Of a DNA stretch of 64,000 nucleotides, positions 15,301 to 29,500 are shown in pieces. The position numbers and the translations under genes were made by a program. The notes below the pieces were generated by a model. That model saw only the letters and a program-made list of their open reading frames with translations. It searched no databases and was not told the origin of the DNA. Source of the stretch: Octopus vulgaris (Eukaryota); NCBI GenBank assembly GCA_951406725.2, contig OX597835.1, positions 1,054,001 through 1,118,000 of the forward strand, given 5' to 3'. Every line of letters begins with the position of its first letter. Within the stretch, counting starts at the first letter, position 1.

Positions 15301-18300
15301 GTTAATGGGTTTATGTGTGAATATATTGTCTGTACAGTAAGCCTAAGAGTATATGTGTGTGTGTGTGTGACCATCACTACTGTTTTATTGCCTGCTTTCA
15401 TGGATCAGAGTTTTCCATGGCTGGATGCTTTTCCTATCGACAACCATTACCTGTTTCCGAAGAAGAGGTAATATTGCCTCATGGGTGGCATGTTTTTGCA
15501 GAATATTGGTAATGAATACTTTTCCTTTACAACACTCATGCAACATCAAGACAAGGAGACATCATTACACATACAAATATACTTAAACATGATAGGCTTC
15601 ATTCAGTATTTCTTTTTACCAAATCATCAAATAAGGCTTTGGTCAACCTGAGACTCTAGTAAAAGATACTTGCTCAAGGTGCTATAAAGTAGGACTGAAC
15701 TCAAAGCCATGTGGTTGGGAAGCAAATTTCTTACCCAGTCAGCCACTCTCTCTCTCTCTCTTTCTCTCACTCTAGGTTTAGTCACTTTAAATGAAGCATA
15801 TATTACAGTAAATAATATATAATTATAGTTATTATTAAAAAGGGCCTATGTGAGTCGCTCTTCTCCGTAATTTACAGCCTCCAGGTTTGTATATAATATA
15901 TATATATATAAATATATGTAAGGGTCAAAGCTGCCAGAATGAGCAGAGAAGTTGGGGGGGAGGGGAACCATTGCTTCATTGGAAATAGAAGCTGCACAAA
16001 GAAGCTACACAGATTACACAAATCCAGATGTCAAGTCACCTAACCTCAGACTACAGATCTGGTCCGAATGCTTACAACAGAATGGAACCTACATCAAGTG
16101 ATGGATCAAGTTTACCACCCAAATTAAGGGGGTGTGTGTGTGTGTGTTTATAAAGAGGGGAGCTAAACACCTTCATAAATAAACACGTCAAGAGTAGTTA
16201 TGCTTCATGGACTCCTTTTCACATTTAGTTTCTAATGTTCTTAAACAAAAGACAAACACAATTATATCAATCTCCATTATACATAACGAACTCAGCAGAT
16301 GTCCAAACTGTTCCATTGTTTTTCTGGCTCCGTGTCACAATCACACATTCTATCCTTTTGTTAGTGGCTCCTTGGCTCCGCTGTCTTCAATTCTCAGCTG
16401 ATAAAGGCATTTCCAAGCTGCCTCTGGCAGTAGCTGTTGATATGACATCATTGCCGTTGTTGTTGATAGTGGTAGCCTAGTTTTTTCCCCTCACTTGTTG
16501 TGGTGTGAGCTTTAAGGAAGCTTTTCTTGATTGCAGGGACATGCCTAGCAGTGTAGTTAGGTTTGTTTTGCAACTATGCAGTTCCATAGGAAAGTGTCTT
16601 CTGCCTTTAAACCTTAGGTTAACAAAAGCCTTGAGAGTGAAATTCAGTAGGGACAAATTTTAGAGACAAACAACCCATGGGGATTGGTTCCTGTTCTTGG
16701 ATAAGAGAATCTGTTCCTTTAACATCACCAACTGGTCTTCAGTTGCTTTTAGGGTTTAGGGGTCCATGCTGTTGTAAAGATACGATCCTAGTTTCCAACT
16801 TGTGCATAACTACCTAGTTTCTTCTCACCAAAAACCCCCCAACAATGATGGGGTTTTTTGATGATAAATTATAGATTAAACATACCTGCTTTTCATGGTT
16901 TTTGATCTCTTCAATATGTTTCTCTTCAGTGGCTGTTGTTGGAGGTGGAAATTTGTAATTGCTGGAAATGAGTGAACAAAAGTGGAAATATTCAAGACAA
17001 TATATAACTGTACAAATCGTAATTATTCAATGGCACTGAATAGATATACATGGAGACACTATCTGGTCCTTAAGTTCCTCTTCACTGCTATAAAGAACCA
17101 AATTGCTCTCAACAGTGGCAAAAAGAAAAAAAGGAAAAAAAACACTGGAGAACCCAGCCAAAGATTTCATTACTTTTATGCGTTCAGGATAGCAGATCTG
17201 TTTGATGAAGAAACTTTCTCTGAGCAATGAAAAGTGGAAAGGCTATTGGGAGGTGGTTGTGGATTTACCAGGGTGCTAAGGATTTTCTCCCATTCCAGGT
17301 ACAAAGAAACTGGATATTATCATATGGTGTGAAAGAAAGTAGTGAATCTAGCTGAGTTAATGATTCCTCTTGGAGATAACATGGATGCCACTCAGACTTG
17401 AAAGTTCAACTGTTATAAAAACCTCCTTACTAATTTTATTATAAAATCAAGAAATAGATGAGCTACATCTATGAATAGTAAGAGCTAACGAGAAGAGGTA
17501 ACGAGCTGGCAGAATCGTTAGCACTCCGGATGATAATGCTTAATGGTATTTCGTCTACCGTTCCAAGTTCAAATTCCACCAAGGTCGACTTTGCCTTTCA
17601 TCCTTTCGGGGTTGATAAATTAAGTACCAGTTACGCATTGGGGTCAATGTAATTGACTTAATCCCTCTGTGTTTAGCCGCTTGTGAGCAATAAAGAAATA
17701 AGAAGAGGTATGAGAATATATCAACTATAGAGTAAGAAGAGAATCTGATCTTATGAATAGTAAAGCCATGGTTAATATAAAATTTTTTAAAATGCCAAAA
17801 TAGCCAATGCATCCACTGTCAAGCAGGAGGGGCCACCTGCCCTTGTTAGGGCAAAGTTAGTTTGTTACTCAAAATTTATGCAAAATAAAAATCAAGCCTG
17901 CAATTCAGCTCCTGTTCTTGTCAACTTACCTGAAAATAAAAAATCTGAATCCTGCTTCTCTGAAAATCCAATCCTACAATCTGAAAGCCAAAACCTTGTC
18001 AATTTACCCAAAGAAATAATAATCTAAATTCTGCTACACTTAATACTGAATTGAAGTTTAAAAGCAAACAAAAAACTTATTAAAACTTCAGAAGTTCTTA
18101 CAACTTTGGTCGTTGGAATGCTTTGCTTTCATTTGTTTAATAAAAATTCCCCCTCGTCTAATGATTTTGCTTTCATTTTGTGATAGACAACTATTCATGC
18201 AGATAGTCTTTTCCTCGGTGAGACCTAAAGTTTGAAGGTCGTGCTTCACCACCTCGTCCCAGGTTTTCCTGGGTCTACCTCTTCCACAGGTTGCCTCAAC

Positions 18301-20506
18301 CACTAGGGTGTGGCATTTTTTCACACAACTATCTTAATCCATTCTCGCTACATGAACATACCAGTGCAAACGTCTCTCTTGCACACCACAACTGATGCTT
18401 CTTAGGTCCAACATTTCTCTCAAGGTACTTACACTCTGTCAAGTACAAACACCGACATTACACATCCATCGGAGCATACTGGCTTCATTTCTTGCAAGCT
18501 TACGCATATCCTCAGCAGTCACGGCCCATGTTTCACTACCATGTAGCATGGCTGTTCGTACACATGCGTCACATACAAACATACTGCAGAAAAATGTTAC
18601 TGAGGTTTAAAGTTTAATCATTTTCACCCAATCAGAAAACAGGATTTAGAAGCTGCCATGTATGTATGCATGTGTGTGTGTGTGTGTGTGTGTTTGTTTG
18701 TGTTTACGATGGAGAGCAGAAAAGAGTCCACTTGCCATCAATTATCAACTTGCTTCCTCTCTCCTTAAATCTACATATTCGTCACACTCCCCTTTGTTTC
18801 CCTTCATGGGTACACACACACACATACTCTCACCACAACTACAAACATTTTCAGGCCAAATTGCCTCTTAATAGATTAGTCTTGTGAGCCAAGACGTATG
18901 CTTCCTTCGTTTGAGATGGTGTTTAAGGTCCAGATGCCCTTCTGGTTTTCAACTTTTACCATCATGCCTTAAAGCATGCAGATACACAGTGCATCTGTTC
19001 TAAAACTGGGCTGCACACACCGCATTTGCTGCGGTTGCTTTCCCTATTCGTGTAAATAAGAACAACAAAAGAACTTACTTGGTCATTGCCATTTCCATTA
19101 GACATTTCAAAATAGGGTAATTCTCCCAGGCAGTTTGTCCTAAACAGAAAACAAAATTAAAGATAAGACACACAACAGGCACAGGAATGGCTGTGTGGTA
19201 AGGAGTTTGCTTCCCAACCACATAGTTTCAGGTTCAGTCCCACTGCTTGGCAACGAGGCCAAGTTTTCTACTACAGCCCCTGAAGTTTCCTATTCTTTTT
19301 GCTACCATTTTGATGAATTCTTTTCTTCAAGGACTGCGTAGTCAACAGCTAATTCATCCTGCAGGATGTCCATCAGTGACCTTCCTCACCAAGCAAGTTT
19401 GATGGGGTTGCCAGTTTAGTCGCCAGCAAGAAAAACCATCAATACAAGTGAGGATATAAGAAAATCCGTGACTGACAGGCCAGGGTCGAACAAGGTCAAT
19501 GTGAATAGGATGGAAAGGAGCGTCAGGAGTAGTAAAAGTGCCGAAGGGTGCACGGAATGTGCTTCTGTCACTTTGACCTCTGGCACTGAATACAAGAACG
19601 AGACCAGTTAGTAATTTCACGCTTCATATGAGGCCAGAAGAATCCAGCCGAAATGAGTTTTGCAGAGGCAGCAGTGCCAGGATGTGACAGAGTCAGGAAC
19701 TAAAGGATACGTCACAGAACATTTCTTTATCAGCCGTTGATTAACAGCAGGTACTTGAACTTAGATGCAGCGGAAGCTGCGGATGAAGTGTCCAGCAAAT
19801 CGAGTGGAGGTTGGTCAGACGATAAAACAGTCAAAGTTGATTCCCAGAGGAGACAACAAAGAATTTATAGGCAGATGAGACAATGCATCTGCTGCAGTTT
19901 TGCAGAAACTGGAGATATGTTGTATGTCAGTTGAAAACTGAGAAATAAAATCGAGTTTCCCTCGATGAATATTTTTCTGACTTCGATCATAAGGCAAAAA
20001 TTTATGATCAGCATAAGAAGAGGTATGAGAATATATCAACTATACAGGAAGAAGAGAATCTGATCAGTATCCGGAGCTTACAGACTGCTTCTTTGGAGGT
20101 TTTCTATTTCCCAAGTTGACAACCATAGTTCTCTGTGACAAAACTACAGACCAAAGAATGAAATAAATGACTCACCAAAAGTACTGGGATTGAATGCCAC
20201 AATGATAAGCAACATATTCCAAGCTTTCCAGTAAAGTGCCGATATAGCCAGGGTTGGTGGAGTATATCTGTTGAAGAAGGTTGATAGACAAGAAAGGAAG
20301 ATACAAAATTATGAAATATAGATCTTGGAAATCAACAAATTGGCATAAGAGTGGCTGTGTGGTAAGTAGCTTGCTTACCAACTACATGGTTCCGGGTTCA
20401 GTCACACTGTGTGGCACCTTGGGCAAGTGTCTTCAACTATAGCCTTGGGCCAACCAAAGCCTTGTGAGTGGATTTGGTAGACGGAAACTGAAAGAAGCCC
20501 GTGTCG

Positions 20507-20567
<61 letters not shown>

Positions 20568-23500
20568 TTGTCCCCTCCCAACATCGCTTGACAACCGATG
20601 CTGGTGTGTTTATGTCCCCGTTACTTAGCGCTTTGGGAAAAGAGACTGATAGAATAAGTACTAGGCTTCCAAAGAATAAGTCCTGGGGTCGATTTACTCG
20701 ACTAAAGCTGGTGCTCCAGCATGGCCACAGTCAAATGACTGAAACAAGTAAAAGAATAAATTGAATTTAACAATTTTATCAGTCTTTATTATATTGTTAC
20801 TTTTCTTCAAGAATTTCTCGGTAGTCTGACATACATACGTACATACATACGTACATACATACGTACATACATACGTACATACACGTAGATGTATAATGCT
20901 ATAAACAGTTTTTCAGAATATATGCATCCAGCATTAAAAAGCTGATTAGAAAGAAATACACAAGGAAGGGAAAATACAGTTTTAGTCAAGATTAATAACT
21001 GAATTTATTCAGACAAGTGTCAGAGGTGGACATATTTTTGGACTTATTATGATCTCATCAGTGATGCAGAGATGTTTTCATATTTGCTAAAGTAGTGATA
21101 AGAGGAGAATCATTAAGTAAACACACAAAATTATATTAAAAGATATTTTACAAACAAAACTGAACAGATTTGCTCCTGTTATTCTCTTAAGCTTACTTGT
21201 AGAGCGTGATGCAGTCGTCCGGCACACCAGCTCCTCTCAAACCGTCCAACCCATGTCAGCATGAAAAATGGACATTAAATGATGATGCTGGTGAAAATTT
21301 ATATTAACTTTTCATTTTCCATTTAGCATTATCGGCACCGGGAGCCTTACTAGGAACACATTTTGAAATGTTTATGGAAGAATGCAAAAGTGGTTCCTTA
21401 TTTATTTTCTCCATGCTTTTTCATTGACCAAACATCATTTTTTTGGCTGGATACAGACCAGCTTTTCACGACACCATCTTATAGATTTTAAATATAAATG
21501 CCAGAACAAATACTACAAAGTATTTTGTTAAACTTGCTAACAATTACACCAATTGAGAGTAGTGAATTGGAATGATGAGAAGCCAAGTTGATTTGGTAGA
21601 ATTTGAACTTAGTGTGTCAGACAAAACAGCTTTCAGTATTTATTCTGGCTCTTGCTAGTATAACATAATCATCATCATCATCATTGTTTAACGTCCATTT
21701 TCCATGCTAGCATGGGTTGGATGGTTCGACCGGGGTCTGGGAAGCCAGGAGGCTGCACCAGGCTCCAGTCTGATCTGACAATGTTTCTACAGCTGGATGC
21801 CCTTCCTAACACCAACCACTCCATGAGTGTAGTGGGTGCTCTTTATGTGCTACTGGCACAGGTGCCAGGGGAGGCTGGCTACGGCCACAATCAGTTGGTG
21901 CTTTTTACGTGCCACCGGCACAGAAGCCAGTCATGGCAGCGCTGGCATCGGCCACGTACAGATGGTGCTTTTTACGTGCCACTGGCACAGGTATCACAAC
22001 TACATTTTCCATAATCCTTAACCAATTAAATTATACAAAGGGTAAAGATCCATTCTGTTATGAATGACCATGGGATTGCCTCAAGAAAGTTCCCCTCCAA
22101 GGAATAAATCTGGGCAAGGTTGTTTATGGAAGACTAGCAATCACTCATGCATACCAGCCCCCACTCTCTACGCTATCCTCAACGTTATGAAAGGGAAAGG
22201 CCAATACAGCTTGGCACTAGTGACATTGCAACTCATTTCTACAGCCGAGTGAACTGGAGCAACATGAACTTCAAAAAATTTTTTAGAATCATTTCCTGCT
22301 GAACCGCCTACCACGGATGAAAGCAAACTTCGGTGTTTAATAGAGCACACATATAAAGACGTATACGAACTCATAAGTGAATGTGAGAACTACTTAGAAG
22401 CAATTCAAACTCTGGAGAGATTGTACGCGAAACCTTTTAAGCTTTGATATTTGAGTTTGGATTTATAACAATGTTTTCCGTGAAGTTTTCACGGGTCCAG
22501 CTAGGGCATGATTAAAAGAAAAAACATAAATGGGCATAACCAGTTAACAAGTGTAACCAAGTTATAAATAAATCCAAGTCTCACCCTTTTGGCAAAACAA
22601 TGTTCTCAGGATGTCGATAGGCACAAAGATTCATTAGAGCATCAACAAATTCTAGACGAGTGACTCGAAGGACTTCAACACCTGGAAAGTGAAAAACAAA
22701 TGTTCAAAGAACAATAAGATATAACAAAATAAGTAATGACAACACAAAAAGAAAAGTGGATAAAGTGTTCTTTAGCTCCATGTCTTCTCTGACTGAGCAG
22801 ACAAATCACTTTTGATCAAAGGCACTCCAGTCATGACAATTCCAAATTTTTGTACATCTACGAATACATTTTCCATGTCATTATTTCTTCCTTTTTAAAG
22901 ACTGTAATGTTAACTTGCATTTTTTTTTTTTTTGGAGTGATGGGCAAGGGTTAAATTTAGCTATTTATACTGGATAGGGCAGTAACTATGTAGTGTAACT
23001 AGGATTGCACAATACAATGTCTCCTTTTAAGACAGCAGAATGTGATTTGGCTGCTATTTCTAACAGGTGGAGTACCGACATAATGCATCTGAAACAGCAT
23101 CCAAAATGGCCCTTTATGGTGTGGCTGTTTCACCCCAGGAAAGCCCTAATCTAAAAAAGACCTGCATATACACACATACAGACACATATACCCACATAGC
23201 TAAAATGAAAACTGGTTGGAGAAAGTCCAGGGAGCCACTACCACTGTTGACAACAAAGAATGAAGGGTAGACTATATGATGCTTATATTAGACCTGCAAT
23301 GCTGCATGGTAGTGAGAGATGGGCCTTCCCCTATTAGATGCTTCTACAAGAACCCACACTGCGGCCCCCCTCCCCACTCCCCACTGTTCAATTCCCTTTC
23401 TCAGGGTTTATAATTATGTCAGCTGCATGGCAAGCTCCATAGTGTGGTGGCAAGAATAAAGCACCTAATCCACACTGCAAAGTGGTTGCAAGGACGGCAT

Positions 23501-26500
23501 CAAATCCTGTCCTACTGCCAAACCATGGCAGCATGGAGCAGGAATGATGATGATGATGATACACACAAACACACACACTCACATGCATCTATGTTTGTGA
23601 GTCTTCTGTGTGTCTTCACACTGATACCTATTTCTTTACTGCCCACAAGGGGCTAAACACAGAGGGGATGAACAAGGACAGACAAATGGATTAAGTCGAT
23701 TACATCGACCCCAGTGCATAACTGGTACTTATTTAATCGACCCTGAAAGGATGAAAGGCAAAGTCGACCTCGGTGGAATTTGAACTTAGAATGTAACAGC
23801 AGACGAAATACCGCTAAGCATGTCGCCTGGCGTGCTAACGTTTCTGCCAGCTCGCTGCCCTCTGTGTGTCTTCCCACTGAGACCATTCGATTGACAGCAT
23901 CTTCTCAAAACATTAGGCTCTGCAGCTCAGTGATTTCAACTTGTGAAGAATAAAAAATATCTTGCTTGTAAGGCGGACAGGAAGGTCATCCAGCGGCTGA
24001 CTACGGAGAGAATGAATTTCTTCCCCTCCAAACCAGCAGAGGAAAAGCAGACAGAAAAGGGATGAGAATCAAAACAATATGCGTAGAGAGACAGAAAGTG
24101 AGCAACTTCAATACGGGTTCAAGTTGAGATAAAGGAAATAATGCAGCGAGCCCCACACGCAAGGACCTGACCCCAACACCAACAAACAACCATTGGCAAA
24201 TACTGGTCATTTGGCTTAAAAGAAAAGAAAAGACAAAAAACTGAAATGTGAAAAGAAGATTTTAGGTTTCCTGCCTTCGAGTCGAATCATAGCAGCTCTC
24301 TTGATCAATTGGTCAGCTAATTCAACAGCATCTGCAGAGCTCAGAGAAAGTTCTCGAGACAAACCTATGACGAGGACACGCATTAGTGTATCTTCAAGAA
24401 CAGGGACTTCAGAAGCAATGCGGAGCATTAAGCTGTGGAAAGAGGGAGAGAGAGAAAGAGATGAGTGTTAAGATAGGAATAATTGAGTACAAAGAAGATG
24501 CATAAATGGATGTCTAGTGTTTGAACGAATTGTTTCCAAGTGTGAAAGTGAAGAGGCACACATGAGTGAACTAGAGACAGAGAGAGAGAGTGTGTGTGTG
24601 TGTGTGTGTGTGGGCCATGCACGCATATGTCTACCTAAATCTGACTTTCTATGCTCACAGCCAATTATTAAGAGATAATGTATGGGAGATATTAAAACAA
24701 TGATGATAGTGGTGGTGGTGGTGGTGGTGGTGGTGAGGTTAATGACTAAAATAACTCAGTTGCCAGATCACAGTTAACACACGAAGCTTTAGAGAGATTT
24801 TATCTGGCAAAAAGGATCCTCATTCACTTCCACTAATATAATAATATCAAACACTTGTACTAGCCTTAGTGTATTCACTTTCATTGACACTGACACACAT
24901 CAAGAAGGTCTATATAAGCACCATGACTTTTGTGGCACAAAATGATGTGACACCATGTTCTGTGTGATATTTTACAAAGCTGTGCTTTGGTGATTGTTGC
25001 AAAGGGGCTGCCGAAACAGCATCCTTCAACTGTTGGCTATTCTGGTGCATGTATTCGATATTATCATATTGTTCCTCTATGGTTCTTATTGCTTTTCGTT
25101 AGGGGGGTAGCAAGACTTTAGGACCCCATCCGACACTTGAAAATTCTCAAATTAAAGTGTTTAAATCAAAAAGTTCTTTTACTCTTTTACTTGTTTCAGT
25201 CATTTGACTGTGGCCATGCTGGAGCACCGCCTTTAGTCGAGCAAATCAACCCCAGGACTTATTCTTTGGAAGCCTAGTACTTATTCTATCAGTTTCTTTT
25301 GTCGAGCTGCTAAGTTACGGGGACGTAAATACACCAGCATCGGTTGTCAAGTGATGCCGGTGGGGACAAACACAGATACACAAACACACACACACATATA
25401 CATACATATACGATGGGCTTCTTTCAGTTTCCGTCTACCAAATCCACTCAAGGCTTTGGTCGGCCCAAGGCTATAGTAGAAGACACTTGCCCAAGGTGCC
25501 ATGCAGTGGGACTGAACCCAGAACCATGTGGTTGGTAAGCAAGTTACTTACCACACAGCCACTCCTGTGCATTCCTAAGATAAAATAATAACCGGTAAAA
25601 GATTTTGCTATAAAAGAAGCATACTCTTATCAAGAATAGGGGTTAGGTGAGAAAAATGGGGTTAATCAATAATTGCTACTTACGCCCGGTCAGACTCCAG
25701 GGGCCAGTTGTCTTTGTTGTGGTAATGCTCGGTACTTTCCATAAACAAGACTTTATGTAAACTGAAAATCAAAGGAGATCTTTGTAATAATAGGAAAAAC
25801 AAGACTAAAGAACCCCAGCATGGCCATGCTGGAATGTTAGTGATTCATTACCAAATACATGGCATGCCAAAAATCTTATTCATGTCCTGCACAAGGAGAC
25901 AGGGAACCACTTTCATATTTGAAAGCCATTTTTTCTCACAAGTAATTATTTAACAGAAAAGTAATTTTGGTAATCTCAGACACACTAAAAGGTACTAAAA
26001 AGTACCAAAAAGTACCCCTGCTCAATTCACTTTCATATACTTTAGGAGTCAACTTTTTTGTTGCATCACTGCAACCTGGACACAGTTGCAATCTCTTCCT
26101 TCTCCATTGGAATCTCTTGGCATTTCTTTATGCATTACAGTCTGTACCAGTGCAGCTGTCACTTGCACACTGTGCCTCATTCATTCTTACTTACTAAAAC
26201 TGATCCCTCTTTCATGCAGTTGATCCCTCAACTTGTCTGTACCATGTCACTCATACACTTTAACATCAAGTGGTTCAGGCTGGTTTCATTTCTTTCCCGC
26301 TTTTACATGTTATCTGCATTCAATGCGCATGTTTCACTTTCATACAACTTTATACTTTGTACATAAGTAAGATGCAGTCTACTCTTTGCTTAACAGAACT
26401 CCTTGCTGCAGCGAGCTGGCAGAAACGTTAGCATGCCGGGCGAAATGCTTAGTGGTATTTCGTCTGCTGTTACGTTCTGGGTTCAAATTCCACCGAGGTT

Positions 26501-29500
26501 GACTTTGCCTTTCATCCTTTTGGGGTCAATAAATTAAGTACCAGTTATGCACTGGGGTTGATCTAATCGACTTAATCCCTTTGTCTGTCCTTGTTTGCCC
26601 CCTCTGTGTTTAGCCCCTCGTGGGCAATAAAGAAATAAGAATTCCTTGCTGTACGCAGAGATAATAGCTCCCTAACTTTTCCACCCTGTTGTTACTCTTA
26701 CTATTTTCAGAGCACCCTGCTCCACAGCTGATTAAATTGTCCAGTTAAGAAAAGCTATCTGCTACTTCTATGGAGCCATCCAAACATTGAAAAGAATTTA
26801 TTTTATTCAGGCTCTGACTGTTAACTACTCCTGTGCATTTGCCACATACAAAGTCTTTGGTCATTGTCAGCCTACCTGCAATCCCAGGACACTCATTTTA
26901 CACCCATAATTCATACAGTGACTGACCACAACCATTTCTCTGATGGCAACAGTCTTGTCTTCCTTCCTTCTTACAAAATCTTGCTGTCAATTTTACTCTG
27001 AAGTGCTTCAATTATAAGTTTTGTTTCTAAGTCTTCCATTGACTTTGCTATACGTATATAAGGGATCTTATGAACAACCAATCTCAAACTCTTTTGCTAT
27101 AGTTTGGAGAAATAACATAAACAGGAAGGGATTGAGAATCAATCCTTGATGAACACCACACATCTACACTAAATTCCTCATTAAACTTATTGCTAACTCT
27201 CACTTTGCTGACTACATCTCTATACATGGCTTGCGCTGTTCTTACAAACCATTCATCAATACCGAGTTCTCTTAAAGAACCAACAAACTACAGATCATAT
27301 ACTGTGCCAAAAGTCTCCTCAAGACCAACAAATGTTAGATATAAAGGCTTACACTTAGCTAAAAACTTCTCGGTTGTGCCCTGACCTGGCACAAAACCAA
27401 ACTGCATCTTATCTAATCTGATTCTCTTCCTAATTCTGCTGATACATTTCCTGTTACTTTTACAATCAAATGAATCAGTTTGATATGTCTGTAGTTGGTT
27501 CTTTATAAAGCATCCTTAACTGCTGCAGTAGTCGTAGTTGACTGTTGATGGCTATACCAATCAGTTGGTAGGATACCTTTGTATTACTAGATAGATTATG
27601 TGAGAGATTAGTTTGAGTCTTAATTGCCACATATCTTCAGGATCTCAATGGAATTGTAACTTTCTCCCATCTTCATATCTTTCACGGCCAGTTTGACCAT
27701 ACAACTGTCCACTCCAATAGCTGGTTCCCTCCATAAGCTACACTTGAAGTAGTTCCTCCTCTTCTCACAACATTTTCAAGCCTGAGATGACCAAAGTGGA
27801 ATTTGATTTCAGAAGGCAAAGCGTCAGAACACAACAACACAAAGCATTTGTTTGATGCTCTAACAACAACAACAGTAATAATAATAGTTTTTTGAGGGGA
27901 GAGGATTAGTTGATACCACTGACCCTAAGACTTGACTGGTATTTAATTTCATCTACCTTGGAGGAATGAAAAACAAAGATGGCTCTGGTAACATTTGAAC
28001 TCAGAATGTAAAGAACTAGGAGAAATATAAGATATTTTTCAGTTACTCAAACAGTTGTGCAGACAGTTACTAATATAGGATAAAGACCCCCCCCCTCCGA
28101 TCATGAATGACCTTGGAATTGCACCTAGAAAGTTACCCTCTGAAGCATAAGTTCGGGCAAGGTTGTTTATGGAAGACCAGCAGTCACCCATGCAATACCA
28201 GCCTCCCCTATCCGTGCCACCAATGTTATCCAAGGGAAAGGCAAAGGGGCCGATACAGCTTGGCACCAGTGATGCCATAAGCTCATTTCTACAGATGAAT
28301 AAACTGGAACAATTTGAAATATAATGTCTTGCTCAGAAATACAACACACAACCCGGTTCGGGAATTGAACTCACCACCTCATGATTGTGAGCCCAATGCT
28401 CTAATCATTGAGCCAGGTACAAGGTAAAAAAATCTATAGTGAGGTATTAGTTGGTTTAACAACCCCAGTGCTTGACTGTGACCTTGGAAAGATGAAAGAC
28501 TAAGTGGTGGACCTAAGTTTGAACTCAGAACTTAAAGTGCTGGAACAGGTAGCGTGTAGGGCCTCTTCACTGATTCTGCCATTCCACCACCCACCACCCA
28601 CCAATACAATAATACCAACCCACTCCCATCCTAATAATCTTTTCTACTATGGACACAAGGCTTAAAATTTGGTGGGAGGGGAGGGGGGGGGCTACTCAAT
28701 TACATTGACCCCAGTGTTTCACTGGTACTTATTTTATCGACCCTGAAAGGATGAAAAGCAAAGTCAACCTCAGTAGAATTTGAACTCAGACGAATTTGAA
28801 ATTCCGCCAAGCCATTTGCTAGCCATGCTAATGATTCTGCCACCTGGCTGCCCGTGGTTATAACAACAACAACAGACGAAATCATGCGAGAGCACCGAAT
28901 TCAAGGAGAAGAAAAAGGCAGTCGTTACCAGTGAACATATTCATGTGGTTTCATTTCAACTATACTTGGTACAACAGTGTGAAGCCACCACACACTGTCT
29001 CGTTGAATAAGGGTTACCTGCTGCTGATATTGGTGAAGAATTTCCAAATCTGAAAGTTATAATTGAAAAAAAAAAATAAATAAATAAATACCAAAGACAT
29101 CATCATCATCATCATCATCATTCTTATATCCACTTTCTGCCACATTCAGTAATTTGGTGTAGATGAATGGCTTGTAACTGGACGATTTTAGCGAAGAATT
29201 AAGCATAAATGTAGTTCATCAGGGCTCAGTCGACAGTCCCCTCCTATTTATCATAGACCTACATACCATCACAGAAGAATTTGAAACTAGATGCCCTTGG
29301 GAACACCTATATGCTGATGACCAAGCTCTCATAGCTGAATCTAGAAGAAAATTAGAGAAGAAATTCTGGGCATGGAAGCCTTAGCAAAGGCTCTAGTCAG
29401 GAAGAAAGAAGAGAGGACTCTGATATCTTCAGGGAAATGGTTTTGTTCAATATGAATTCCATAAACTGTACCCAATGTAACCGAGAGAGATGCAAGAAAT

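Noticed and set aside
17200-17226. TGATGAAGAAACTTTC resembling the start of U22 snoRNA
   Set aside because: Antisense to the host gene, similarity stops after ~15 nt, and it lies within a LINE fragment.
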